From: a virus
Lineage: Duplodnaviria > Caudoviricetes
DNA length: 64,000 nt
Virus record (IMG/VR): IMGVR_UViG_3300031998_000003
Span: 160,001-224,000 of that record
Direction: 5' to 3' (one strand)
The notes beneath the pieces are model-generated. The model had not been told where the DNA came from. It was given only the letters and a program-made list of their open reading frames with translations, and made no database searches. Both the position numbers and the translations under genes were made by a program. Positions 8,012 to 17,524 of the stretch are shown here, one piece after another. Position 1 is the stretch's first letter, and every line of letters starts with the position of its first letter.

Positions 8012-10396
8012 TTGCCGACACAAGAAGAACGTAATCAGGAAATTTTGATTCATGGCCTGATGAATGATGTCGTTGGATCCGACATACAAATTTCCGCCGA
8101 AGATCTCGGTAATACGATTCAAGAAATCTTGAAACAGTATAACCTGTCGACAGATCTGTCATTCATCGAACGCGTTGCAAAATTGAAGTTCCCTGATAAG
8201 GATGACAATCTCTCTTGGGAAGAAATCCCGAAAGAGCTGCAGGACGCGGCGTTTCTACCTGTAACGACAATTGCTGATATCGCACTCAGACAGGATATTG
8301 ATATGGTTGTATCTCAGATCCCTGAGTGGTATAATGCATTGATTGTTACCCGTGACGCAATCTGTGAAGCTGATGTTGTTGATGGCAAACTTGCCAGAAA
8401 CATCGTGTTTGATAAGACGAAATTAACTGATCTCGAGCAACAGAACGTCATATCCAAGATCGAAAATCTGGAAGAGAAATACGGTCTACATAAATTGATC
8501 AAGAACCACATCGTGTACAATACGTTGATGTACGGCGAAGGATATTTGTATATTATTCCATATGCAAAGGTCTTCGAGGATTTGTATAAGTACCGTCTTA
8601 ATTCATCCAGTAAGAACAACGGAAGAAACTCCGTTGCAAACATGTTCGATACTTCTTCTGCTTTACGAGGATATGGCTATGGTGAATCTGCCGTTGAGAA
8701 AACCCTGAAGGATGTCATCGTTCAAGAATCTACTGAACCAACATCCAAAAAGGACAAGGAAGCCGGTGGAAAGAAACCGAAGCCAAACGCAATCTTCACT
8801 GAAGCTGAGATCATGGATATTATTCCGGGATATCATGCAAAACAATCTGATCAGAAGAATGTTAAGGTTGATCAAAAACGTGATGCTGAATTCGATCAGT
8901 ATTCCGAATATGTCGCACGTAACGTCAGATATATCGGCGATGATATTGCGGTTCCGGTTATTGAGGAATCTGCACATGATCTTCGCGCTGTTTATGATGT
9001 CAAATACGGTGATACGAATCCGGGATATGTTCAAGAGGCGCATGATGTATTTGAAAGAGTCATGGAGTCTGGTGGTAGCAATATCTACACAGCTCAGCTC
9101 GATAATGAGTTTAGGGGTATCAAGGGCGTATACATGAAGATACTCCCGGCAACGAAGATGATTCCGATTCGTATCGACAGAACCGTTGTTGGATACTATT
9201 ATATCTCAGACCTCACCAGACCTGATCAAACCGGTGATCGTCGAAACTCAGGTCTTTCTGGATATACACTACGATCTCCATCTGTTGGATTCGACACATT
9301 CTCCCCCGACAGAGCATTTTGCGAGAAGCTTGCATCCAAGATCATCAGTAACTTCGATTTGAAGTTCATGCGTGATAATACCGCACTTCACCAGCAAATC
9401 GTTGCGATTCTGGAAGCGCATAAGTTCAATGAATCCATGATGCGGTTTATTTTTATTCCTGCAGAACATGTGTGCCAATGCACAATCAATGAAGACGGCG
9501 CTGGTAAAGGTCACTCCATGCTTGAAGGTGGTTTGATCAATGCGAGAATGTACATGTTCCTGAAACTGTACTCCATTCTGTTCCAAATCAATAACTCCGG
9601 TGTTCGTGTGTATAATCTACACTCATCTGGTATTGATAAGAACTACAAAGCTGCGGTTCAGGAGATCATGCGTAAGTTTGCTGCAAGACGCATTTCGGTT
9701 AATGACATCTTCAATTACAGAAACTCCGTTACAAAGGTTTCTGGTGGATCAGAACTGGTTATGCCTGTTGGTCCTGATGGCAAACCGCCATTGACATTCG
9801 AAACGATCAATGCTTCCGAAGCTCCGATCAATACAGATCTTCTTGATAATCAGCGTGCTGAAGCTTTGAATTCCACACCTGTTCCTGCGATCATGGTGCA
9901 GAACGGTGGTGTGACCGAGATCGAGTTCTCGAAGGAAACTGAACTCGCAAATACACGTTTCGACAGTTTTGTTTCTTCTACCAAACTCGATATGAACCCG
10001 GATGTCACGAAGATCTATAAGAAACTCGCAATTTGGGATTCTGATATCGATCCTGAAATTATCCATGATATGAAGTTTATGTTCCGTATGGCGACATCCA
10101 AGAAAATGGGTATCACTGCAAACAAGCTGAACGATTTCGAGAAGCTTGCAGATGTTGCTGTATCAATCTTCTTGACACAAAAGGAACAGACTGATGCGAA
10201 GGGTAATAAGGAAGATATGAACAACGTCGTTCGTGAATTCAAGAAACAGCTTCTCGGTAAGTATGTTCCGGACATCGATATCGAAGATATGGAGAAGATG
10301 GCAAATGCTGCGCGTAATGAAGCAAACAAGAAAACTTTGAATGACGCAAACACGAAAGAAAACATGCTGAATGATGCAGAATCCGAGGAGGTGTAA
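8012..10396 (+). CDS. portal protein (phiKZ/AR9 type), 794 aa, TTG start
   Basis: AAAGGAGGT SD; TLMYGEGYLYIIPY, KMIPIRID..VVGYYY, ELVMPVGPDG..LTFETI...LNSTPVPA segments resemble jumbo-phage portals; lies near terminase. Confidence 0.7.
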   Translation: MPTQEERNQEILIHGLMNDVVGSDIQISAEDLGNTIQEILKQYNLSTDLSFIERVAKLKFPDKDDNLSWEEIPKELQDAAFLPVTTIADIALRQDIDMVVSQIPEWYNALIVTRDAICEADVVDGKLARNIVFDKTKLTDLEQQNVISKIENLEEKYGLHKLIKNHIVYNTLMYGEGYLYIIPYAKVFEDLYKYRLNSSSKNNGRNSVANMFDTSSALRGYGYGESAVEKTLKDVIVQESTEPTSKKDKEAGGKKPKPNAIFTEAEIMDIIPGYHAKQSDQKNVKVDQKRDAEFDQYSEYVARNVRYIGDDIAVPVIEESAHDLRAVYDVKYGDTNPGYVQEAHDVFERVMESGGSNIYTAQLDNEFRGIKGVYMKILPATKMIPIRIDRTVVGYYYISDLTRPDQTGDRRNSGLSGYTLRSPSVGFDTFSPDRAFCEKLASKIISNFDLKFMRDNTALHQQIVAILEAHKFNESMMRFIFIPAEHVCQCTINEDGAGKGHSMLEGGLINARMYMFLKLYSILFQINNSGVRVYNLHSSGIDKNYKAAVQEIMRKFAARRISVNDIFNYRNSVTKVSGGSELVMPVGPDGKPPLTFETINASEAPINTDLLDNQRAEALNSTPVPAIMVQNGGVTEIEFSKETELANTRFDSFVSSTKLDMNPDVTKIYKKLAIWDSDIDPEIIHDMKFMFRMATSKKMGITANKLNDFEKLADVAVSIFLTQKEQTDAKGNKEDMNNVVREFKKQLLGKYVPDIDIEDMEKMANAARNEANKKTLNDANTKENMLNDAESEEV

Positions 10397-10402
10397 TAAC
10401 GT

Positions 10403-12523
10403 ATGAAGATTGAGAAAACAACTACAGGTGTTATTATACGCGAACCATCGGATGAAATCAAACGGAAGTGTCTGCAATACTTTTCGTTACCGAATCCAGT
10501 ACGAGAATTCTTCGTCTATTGTAAGAAGGATCCTGATTACGAGAAACTTGTATCATTCATGCGTGATCATGACATCATCTATATCACATCAGGTTTTCTA
10601 AATATCAAGGACAAGGTTATTGAGTCATTGAATGTTTCGTCCGAAAAGCCGATTCAAACACCACGACTCATAACACTTGACATGAATCGTGAACCCCGTT
10701 CTCAACTGCAAAGAGACTGTATCGAACTGCTGACTACAGCAAAAGAGAATAAGATCACAGTCGAGCTGAAACCTGGAACTGGAAAAGCAGAGCCGTATTC
10801 CAGAAAGATCCCGACACCAACAAAAGCCGGTTTTACGTTGATGGGTGATCTGAAGATTGGTGATTACGTCTTTGCTCAAGATGGTACACCGACAAAAGTA
10901 ACGGGTATCTTTGAACAAGGTGAACAAGACATTTATAAAGTGACATTCCAGGATGGTCGTGTAGCATACTGTCATGAAGAACATCTGTGGACTGTGAGAC
11001 GAAATGATTGTTCAACTTGGGAAACGGTCATGACAAATAAGATGGATCTATCTGTGGATAATTTCGCTATTCCCTTATGCGAACCAGTTCAATATAATGA
11101 CAAACCATTTGTCGGGTATGAATGCGGATCTGTGAATGAAACGATATATCATTCAATGAAAGATTCATATGTATGTTCACCACCCAGTCGTATTCAGTAT
11201 CTATTTCAGAGCAGAGGGATTGGAACGGAAGGTGAGTTCCAGTGTGATGAATTGTACGCATACAATATATGGCTTCCAATGTTTTATCAGATGGGATATT
11301 CGGCGTACTATTTGGAGAATACCATCCATTATTCAAAACCGGAATCGTTAAAAATCAAATCTATTGAATTCTCACATCGAGAAAAATGCAGATGTATTAT
11401 GGTTGACAATCCTGAACATCTGTATCTGACTGAAGATTTCATTGTAACTCACAACACGTTCATCGCATGTTACTCTGCTGCAAAGCTTGGTCTGAAGCCT
11501 CTGATCGTTGCTCCGACATCTCTATTGAAGAATCAATGGATTGACAATATCGTAGAACTCGGTATTGACAAATCCGATATTGCAACAAAGATCTGGGATG
11601 CTCCTGACAAGAAGGTTTGTGTTGTTACAATATCCTCCCTGGAAGGAGCAATCCGTGATGACTGGAATGGTCTTCTGAAGACACTGGATGCTTCCGGTTT
11701 CGGTATCAAGGTTATCGATGAAGCACATCTCCATTTGAAGGGAATGCTGAAGTTCGATGCATTGTGTAACATCAAACACAACTGGTACATGTCAGCAACA
11801 CTCGGACGTTCATCAGCAGATGAAGACAGGATCCTGAACCGTGCTCTTGGAGATGCCAAACGGTTTGTTGGTAATGCTGCATATGAAGAATATCAGAAAG
11901 AGTACGTGAATGTCTATCTTCAGGACATCTACTACTACCCATCCAATAAATTATGTGAAGCATGTTTCAAATACGGCTCCAAAGGTTTGATCCGTTCATC
12001 ATACTACAACATGTTGATGACATACCATAATGGTGTTCCGTTTATCAAAAACATCATCACAATGTTGAAGCGTGCGAAATCGATCATTGATTATGATGGA
12101 AAGATTCTACTGTTGGTACCATTGTTATCGATCATTGAACAAGTCGTGAAAGCAATGGATCAAGATCCTTTCTTCAAGCAGTATTCGTATTCTGCAGTCG
12201 ATGGTTCAATGCCATTGTCTCAACGTCGCGAAGCGATGGAATCTGATTTCATTCTATCAACATCTCTTTCCATGGGAACTGGTGTTGATGTATCGAATCT
12301 AGGGGTGGTTGTCAACTTTGACCAATACTCTTCTTCGATCATCGGTGAACAGATCTTCGGACGTCTTCGCGACCGTGGTAAAGAGACATACTACATCGAC
12401 GTATGTGATGTTGTTAAACAGGCCAGAATGTTAACACGATGGGGACAAAAACGTCGTATCTTGATTCCATATTATCCTGGAGCAAAACGTGATATGAAAC
12501 GGTTCCCTGCTATACATTCATGA
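10403..12523 (+). CDS. SF2 (UvsW-like) DNA helicase containing an intein
   Basis: Walker A PGTGK|T (split by intein), LIVAPT..LKNQW, DEAH, MSAT, GTGVD, QIFGRLR. Confidence 0.9.
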   Translation: MKIEKTTTGVIIREPSDEIKRKCLQYFSLPNPVREFFVYCKKDPDYEKLVSFMRDHDIIYITSGFLNIKDKVIESLNVSSEKPIQTPRLITLDMNREPRSQLQRDCIELLTTAKENKITVELKPGTGKAEPYSRKIPTPTKAGFTLMGDLKIGDYVFAQDGTPTKVTGIFEQGEQDIYKVTFQDGRVAYCHEEHLWTVRRNDCSTWETVMTNKMDLSVDNFAIPLCEPVQYNDKPFVGYECGSVNETIYHSMKDSYVCSPPSRIQYLFQSRGIGTEGEFQCDELYAYNIWLPMFYQMGYSAYYLENTIHYSKPESLKIKSIEFSHREKCRCIMVDNPEHLYLTEDFIVTHNTFIACYSAAKLGLKPLIVAPTSLLKNQWIDNIVELGIDKSDIATKIWDAPDKKVCVVTISSLEGAIRDDWNGLLKTLDASGFGIKVIDEAHLHLKGMLKFDALCNIKHNWYMSATLGRSSADEDRILNRALGDAKRFVGNAAYEEYQKEYVNVYLQDIYYYPSNKLCEACFKYGSKGLIRSSYYNMLMTYHNGVPFIKNIITMLKRAKSIIDYDGKILLLVPLLSIIEQVVKAMDQDPFFKQYSYSAVDGSMPLSQRREAMESDFILSTSLSMGTGVDVSNLGVVVNFDQYSSSIIGEQIFGRLRDRGKETYYIDVCDVVKQARMLTRWGQKRRILIPYYPGAKRDMKRFPAIHS
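10787..11455 (+). mobile_element. class-3 type mini-intein (223 aa) with decayed endonuclease region
   Basis: Begins AEPYS directly after GTGK and ends IVTHN before T(+1); block B CHEEHLW, block F CRCIMV, block G THN give the W-C-T triplet; no intact LAGLIDADG motif. Confidence 0.9.
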
Positions 12524-12535
12524 AAGCAAATACAT

Positions 12536-12750
12536 AATGATAATCCCTGCAGGAATGAGGGTACAGGTGTAGGCCACCACCTTCATCTTCCAATGGAATC
12601 ACTGGTATTGAGCTCACCGTGAGATCCATTGGAGGATATGACTCATTCCACATGGATTGCTCTCCCGTCCTTCTGGCTTTTCAAGAGTCATTTTCAAGAT
12701 TCCTTTCGGTTTGTGCGGTGGGGCTTTCGCCCCACCAATCAAATTCTTCT
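12536..12750 (+). ncRNA. candidate structured ncRNA A with own terminator hairpin
   Basis: TAATCC/GGATTG, GGAATGAG/CTCATTCC and 13 bp ATCTTCCAATGGA/TCCATTGGAGGAT stems; G-U pairs favour + strand; ends in GGTGGGGC-TTTC-GCCCCACC (12717-12736); no credible ORF. Confidence 0.6.
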
Positions 12751-12763
12751 TTAACGGTTTAAT

Positions 12764-12921
12764 AATCCGGGGTGTTCTGGTCAACTATGTTGACACCTCT
12801 CTCGTTCAGGGAGTACGTGCCTCCCTGTGCCGCGTGCGGGCGCGGCGGCCTCCGCTTTAACGCCATGTGTGATGTTCCTCCTAAACATACGCGCATAATA
12901 CACCATTCGGCACCCCGGATT
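12764..12921 (+). ncRNA. candidate multibranched ncRNA B with exposed CCUCCU loop
   Basis: Late motif AACG-GTTTAA-TA puts +1 at 12764, the first base of an 11 bp closing stem AATCCGGGGTG/CACCCCGGATT; four internal hairpins; G-U pairs favour + strand. Confidence 0.7.
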
Positions 12922-12929
12922 TCATATAT

Positions 12930-12964
12930 ACAGTGTGGGGCTTCGGCCCCACACTGTGTCTTTG
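12930..12964 (+). terminator. cUUCGg terminator hairpin after ncRNA B (may also stop the convergent terminase transcript)
   Basis: ACAGTGTGGGGC-TTCG-GCCCCACACTGT 12 bp stem. Confidence 0.8.
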
Positions 12965-13002
12965 ATTGCCGAAAAGCACCCCTACTCAGAATTATTTTTT
13001 TT

Positions 13003-15153
13003 TTAGAATGAACCATTAATATCTACAAACCACGATGGAGAGAATCCTTCCTGAGCAGTCAATGAGACTGGTGCACGTTCCTGTTGAGTACGATATTGTT
13101 TGTTATAGTCCATTGGAGAATAACCATATTCATCAACACCGTGTTCTCTGAAATATCCCATCGGATCTTGTGAGATCGTGTCATGTAGGAGCTGCTCTTC
13201 ATATGGTGCAGGTACATCTGGAAGGACCATGTTGTTTACAACAGCTTCAGTGATGTCATCCACGTATTTCTCAATAGCAGCTGTCGCACCTTGGAATGTA
13301 CTTTTTTCTTTAATGATTCCAAAACGCTCAATATGATCACCATAGTACCAAACAAAGATAGCATGATTGTATGCCATGACCATGTCATCATGGAAACCCT
13401 CTGCAGCCTCAATCTTACCAGTCTTTGAGCGTACAAGATTCGTGATATCCTTGGACAAATACTTCGATGTTAGTAAATGTCTATAGTCCTTCACATGAAC
13501 CTTCAACAGATCGAACATGCTGGTTCTGACAGACGGTGTGACATATGTGCCGATATATCCTTTTTCTTTTGAACGACGCTTCATAACTTCTTCTGGAGTT
13601 TCCTTCATGATTGCGTTCTTAGAAATATCCAATCTCGGATCATGATAGAATCTATATTCAATCTGGGTTTCCTGGATTAGATCGACGATTGCCTTACCGA
13701 TAGAATTTGTTTCAACACAGAAGATACCCTTTGGGCACAACTTTGCAATCTCTAGAATAATCCGCATCAGATCAGTTGGTCCGATGAATGGGGAGATTAG
13801 CTCACCGACAACCTGCATTGTATATGGATGAACGATGCAAATCGCTGTATTGTCTCCATTACCACCGGCAGCAACGTCAATACCAATCAGATATGGGATT
13901 GTTGTGTCGAAATACGGTGTAGATGAGTTGATGTCCGGAATCAGGATATCATGTTTATAGACATATAGATGAACCTTCTTCAGCAGAAAGATATCGTAGT
14001 CTGGTTCTCTGACATTCTGAACAATGTAGTCAATATCTTCCTGACGGAACAGTACTGACTTCGAACCACGGTATCTCTGAAGAAGAACACCTCGACGATA
14101 CTCATCCAGTTTATCAAGACGCACTGCTTCATTATATTGTGCTCTTAACCAAGCTTCGTCTTTTCGTAATTGCTTGTAATTGAATTCAATGTAGAGTGAC
14201 GTAACAGGTTGTGGATTACCATTCTCATCAATTGTATGCATACCTGCAAAATACTCTTTGAGCTCCTGCTCCGTGAAGTCATACAATTGTTCTGAGAATA
14301 CTGGTGTCATATCGATCATGTGCTGTGCCGTTCTACCAGTTTCTGTTTCCAAGTCACCAGGAGTCGAAAGCAGCATAACACATGTACGTCCACCTGTCTT
14401 CGCCGCGATTTCACGTCCAGAGATGATAGCAGGCATCGCACCTTCCATAACGGATGCTTGATACGGAATGTACTCCCACTCTTCAAGCATTGCTGCAAAT
14501 ACAGTGAAACCACGCATCTTGTCCTTCGCTTTGACAACAGAGTCTGCTTGAGATAGGATTGTGATGGATGTACCGTGTTCATCATATTTCAAAGACTTTG
14601 TTCCAGGAAGCTTCTGTCGACCATACCATGGATTCATATATGGTGGTAGTGCACAAATATAATCACGCAACATTTCAGCAGATTCCAAGCAACGGTCTTG
14701 TCGAATATGCATCATTGGAATTTCGATATTTTGATATTCAAATACAAACATGTACTCGAGTAATAGTGTACACCAGGTAGACTTATGCGTCTGACGAGGC
14801 TGACATAAGATGACATCGATACTATGGATGAAACACCATATGAGTGCTAGCGATGCACGTGATAGAATTGGTGGTAGTTTACCAGCACCACGAACAGGAA
14901 CTTTCGCAACTTCTCGGAAGAAATACCAAGGGTTCTGTTTACATTCAATACAGACACGGGCAATGTCTTCTTGTGAAATATTTTCATCATATGCATCAAT
15001 ATCTTGAACACCGAGTTCCGGATGTTTTACTTCTAGCATGAAATACCAGTTCTTGATACCGAGAACTTTCAACTCTTGTGCGGTTAACAAGAACGATTTG
15101 TTTCTTGTACCAAAATCATAGTACCGATTTCCGATTCGTCGGATATCGCTCAT
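13003..15153 (-). CDS. terL: terminase large subunit
   Basis: NPWYFFRE, Walker A-like PRQTHKS, Walker B-like AMLEE, LSTPG coupling motif, nuclease IGIDVA, VETNSIG, HDDMVMA. Confidence 0.9.
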   Translation of the reverse strand: MSDIRRIGNRYYDFGTRNKSFLLTAQELKVLGIKNWYFMLEVKHPELGVQDIDAYDENISQEDIARVCIECKQNPWYFFREVAKVPVRGAGKLPPILSRASLALIWCFIHSIDVILCQPRQTHKSTWCTLLLEYMFVFEYQNIEIPMMHIRQDRCLESAEMLRDYICALPPYMNPWYGRQKLPGTKSLKYDEHGTSITILSQADSVVKAKDKMRGFTVFAAMLEEWEYIPYQASVMEGAMPAIISGREIAAKTGGRTCVMLLSTPGDLETETGRTAQHMIDMTPVFSEQLYDFTEQELKEYFAGMHTIDENGNPQPVTSLYIEFNYKQLRKDEAWLRAQYNEAVRLDKLDEYRRGVLLQRYRGSKSVLFRQEDIDYIVQNVREPDYDIFLLKKVHLYVYKHDILIPDINSSTPYFDTTIPYLIGIDVAAGGNGDNTAICIVHPYTMQVVGELISPFIGPTDLMRIILEIAKLCPKGIFCVETNSIGKAIVDLIQETQIEYRFYHDPRLDISKNAIMKETPEEVMKRRSKEKGYIGTYVTPSVRTSMFDLLKVHVKDYRHLLTSKYLSKDITNLVRSKTGKIEAAEGFHDDMVMAYNHAIFVWYYGDHIERFGIIKEKSTFQGATAAIEKYVDDITEAVVNNMVLPDVPAPYEEQLLHDTISQDPMGYFREHGVDEYGYSPMDYNKQYRTQQERAPVSLTAQEGFSPSWFVDINGSF

Positions 15154-15209
15154 AACAAAGCTCCTTTCTGTCGAGATTGTTATATGATCTGTCCGTATAT
15201 AATATTACG

Positions 15210-15248
15210 AAAAAAAAATAATATACACGGGGGCCACGTGGCCCCCGT
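15210..15248 (-). terminator. intrinsic terminator after RNAP beta gene
   Basis: ACGGGGGCC-ACGT-GGCCCCCGT stem; A tract on + gives U tract on -. Confidence 0.8.
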
Positions 15249-15275
15249 ATACAAATTCTGTTTATCCGAGCCTGA

Positions 15276-17492
15276 TTAGGCATATTGCTTGAGTTGTTGC
15301 AGAATTGGTAAGATGCGTGTGAACTTCTCATACATGGACTCAACATATTCACGTTTACATCCTTGGAATAGATCGGTTTCATCAATCATTGAGAAGAATT
15401 CAGTCATATCAACAAACTGATGTGTTTTCTGATACTGCATGAAGTATGAGAACATAATCAGATGGAAGCGTAGTTCAGGAATAGAAACTTCGACTTCCAC
15501 GTTGTTGATCAAGACTTTATGAATCTCATCAATGAATCCAATCGTAGAATAGTTAAAGATGTCAGGTTTCAACTTGATGCCCATGAATTTGAGTGTGTTC
15601 TTCAGATTATCAAGTTGTGGGAACTGGTTGTACTTGGTCAGATCAAGACCCATATCATTCAGCTGGGACATCAGCATCGAATTCTCCATGTACTGGGAAC
15701 CACGATAATATGTCGTCAGCTTCGAGAACTCTTTGACACCAACACCCGCCAGGAAGTTTAGGCTATCGTATTCACCATACTTCACCGGATTGTCGGAATA
15801 GTGTCTCAGATTCTTTGTGAACTGATGCGTCTTAACAGGCTGATCGTACAATGTCGTTCTTCCTGTGGAAATGGCAGACAGCGCTTTTGACGGTTCTTGT
15901 TTCAAGACCCATGTGTACTGGAATCCAACAGGATATTCACCATCGATCTTTACCCAACGATGATGGAGCTTCGTAAAGATCTTATACGGCTTCATGATAT
16001 CAGGATATTTATCGTATGCTTCAAGCAACGCGTCGCGCACACATACTTTGTTGAACGGTTCAATCTGAATGAAGATTCCGTGATCCATAATATCCTGGAA
16101 CACGGTGTTCGGCATTTCCTTGTACACGCGCATAATTTCAGATCCTTCATCCGGTGCAAAGATTGAAACGAAATCGCATACACACGTCATAATTTCGTCT
16201 TTCGTTGCGAGTTTCTCTTTCCACAGATGTTGGATGTGTTGATACATACGATCCTGCATGAATGTCATGGATCCTTCATATGTAGCAAATGCAATGATTC
16301 TGTTCGGCACTGCCAAAGCATTTGCCAACATGTGAATCGGGCGGCCATCGTCAGTCTTTGGCATTTCATCAGTCGGAATGATTTTCGAAATAACGGACTT
16401 GTTTCCGTAACGTCCAACCACCTTCTGACCAACTGCGATGCGCATAGGTTGTAACATTGTGAACTTGATGATGGTATCGACGATGTATTCCTTTGTAACC
16501 CATGCTGAACCGTTCAGATACTTTTCAGCCTGATGATAAATATCCAGCAGAGATGTATCATCTTGGTTCGGGTCCGTAATGATCGTCGAAATGTAAGAGA
16601 AGATATCCGTATACCACTGACGAATTTGTGTTAGATATCGATTGAACTGTGCATCCTCCACCTCAACGTTTGTAAAGATATCGATGTCCACAACAGTACC
16701 ATGTGAGAAATACTTTGTATCGTTCACATGTGGAATCGATGCTTCAGCAAATGTCGAAACATAAGAATTCTCACGAATCGAACACAGCACGTCATTCTGA
16801 ACGTCCTCACCAATATCGGGGAAAGGCTTGTATTCACCGTTCTTGCCGTATCGGTTTAACAGATATGACTTCTTGGATACATTGACGGTTACGATGTCGA
16901 CCATGTCATATTCCAAAGCCTTGGCAGCGTCTTCTGATATCACAAGAGAGTCTTCGGTCAGATCAGGATGTACAGCATATGCCATACGGATATTGCATCC
17001 AGCGCAATAGTTGTCATCGACATATGAAGACGACTGTGCAATCGAAGAACCCTTCGGAAGCACATCACCTTCTTTGATTCCACGGATGTTGTCCTTCATC
17101 CGAAAACCATATCGTTCAACAAGATTGACAGCTGGCTTGTAAATCTTGCACAAGTATTTCCCAGTCTCCAGATTCTTGAAGATATACGCAATCGGAGAAT
17201 ATGGGGAATCTTTAAACTTCACGAATTTCTTCATGAGTTTATAATCCGCTGTTGCACGGACGTCCCAAGATGAACGTTTACCGAATTCATTTTCAGCACC
17301 GGTAAACATCATCGGGAATTCAGGATTCCGGACAACGACACGTTGGGATGTATGTTTTACCATCATTCCGCCACGTGTCGTTGATATCTTTTCCGGAAAA
17401 CCGAGTGCGGACATACCAGTCAATGATAACGGGTTTACTTCCGCACAACGCCGTTCAATATCAGCGGCATTGTTCATGATTTGTCTGGGCAT
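15276..17492 (-). CDS. multisubunit RNA polymerase beta subunit, C-terminal half (probably virion RNAP)
   Basis: EDSLVIS, GQKVVGRYGNKSVISKI (GDKxxGRHGNKG motif), VPNR, KYGEYD (RFGEME-like); virion assignment is inferred from its position in a late-type operon. Confidence 0.9.
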   Translation of the reverse strand: MPRQIMNNAADIERRCAEVNPLSLTGMSALGFPEKISTTRGGMMVKHTSQRVVVRNPEFPMMFTGAENEFGKRSSWDVRATADYKLMKKFVKFKDSPYSPIAYIFKNLETGKYLCKIYKPAVNLVERYGFRMKDNIRGIKEGDVLPKGSSIAQSSSYVDDNYCAGCNIRMAYAVHPDLTEDSLVISEDAAKALEYDMVDIVTVNVSKKSYLLNRYGKNGEYKPFPDIGEDVQNDVLCSIRENSYVSTFAEASIPHVNDTKYFSHGTVVDIDIFTNVEVEDAQFNRYLTQIRQWYTDIFSYISTIITDPNQDDTSLLDIYHQAEKYLNGSAWVTKEYIVDTIIKFTMLQPMRIAVGQKVVGRYGNKSVISKIIPTDEMPKTDDGRPIHMLANALAVPNRIIAFATYEGSMTFMQDRMYQHIQHLWKEKLATKDEIMTCVCDFVSIFAPDEGSEIMRVYKEMPNTVFQDIMDHGIFIQIEPFNKVCVRDALLEAYDKYPDIMKPYKIFTKLHHRWVKIDGEYPVGFQYTWVLKQEPSKALSAISTGRTTLYDQPVKTHQFTKNLRHYSDNPVKYGEYDSLNFLAGVGVKEFSKLTTYYRGSQYMENSMLMSQLNDMGLDLTKYNQFPQLDNLKNTLKFMGIKLKPDIFNYSTIGFIDEIHKVLINNVEVEVSIPELRFHLIMFSYFMQYQKTHQFVDMTEFFSMIDETDLFQGCKREYVESMYEKFTRILPILQQLKQYA

Positions 17493-17524
17493 AGCTGTAG
17501 ACCACCTTTCACGAAATTGTCTTA

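Noticed and set aside
12759-12866. 35 aa minus-strand ORF MALKRRPPRPHAAQGG... with AGGAGG SD (possible type I toxin)
   Set aside because: Not hydrophobic; G-U pairing, promoter motif and UUCG terminator all point to a + strand RNA. Kept only as the alternative explanation for ncRNA B.
12536-12964. tRNA, tmRNA, SRP, RNase P or hammerhead identity for the structured RNAs (also 51373-51650)
   Set aside because: No T-loop GTTCRA/CCA end, no SRP domain IV motif, no RNase P P4 sequences and no CUGANGA/GAAA core found by eye
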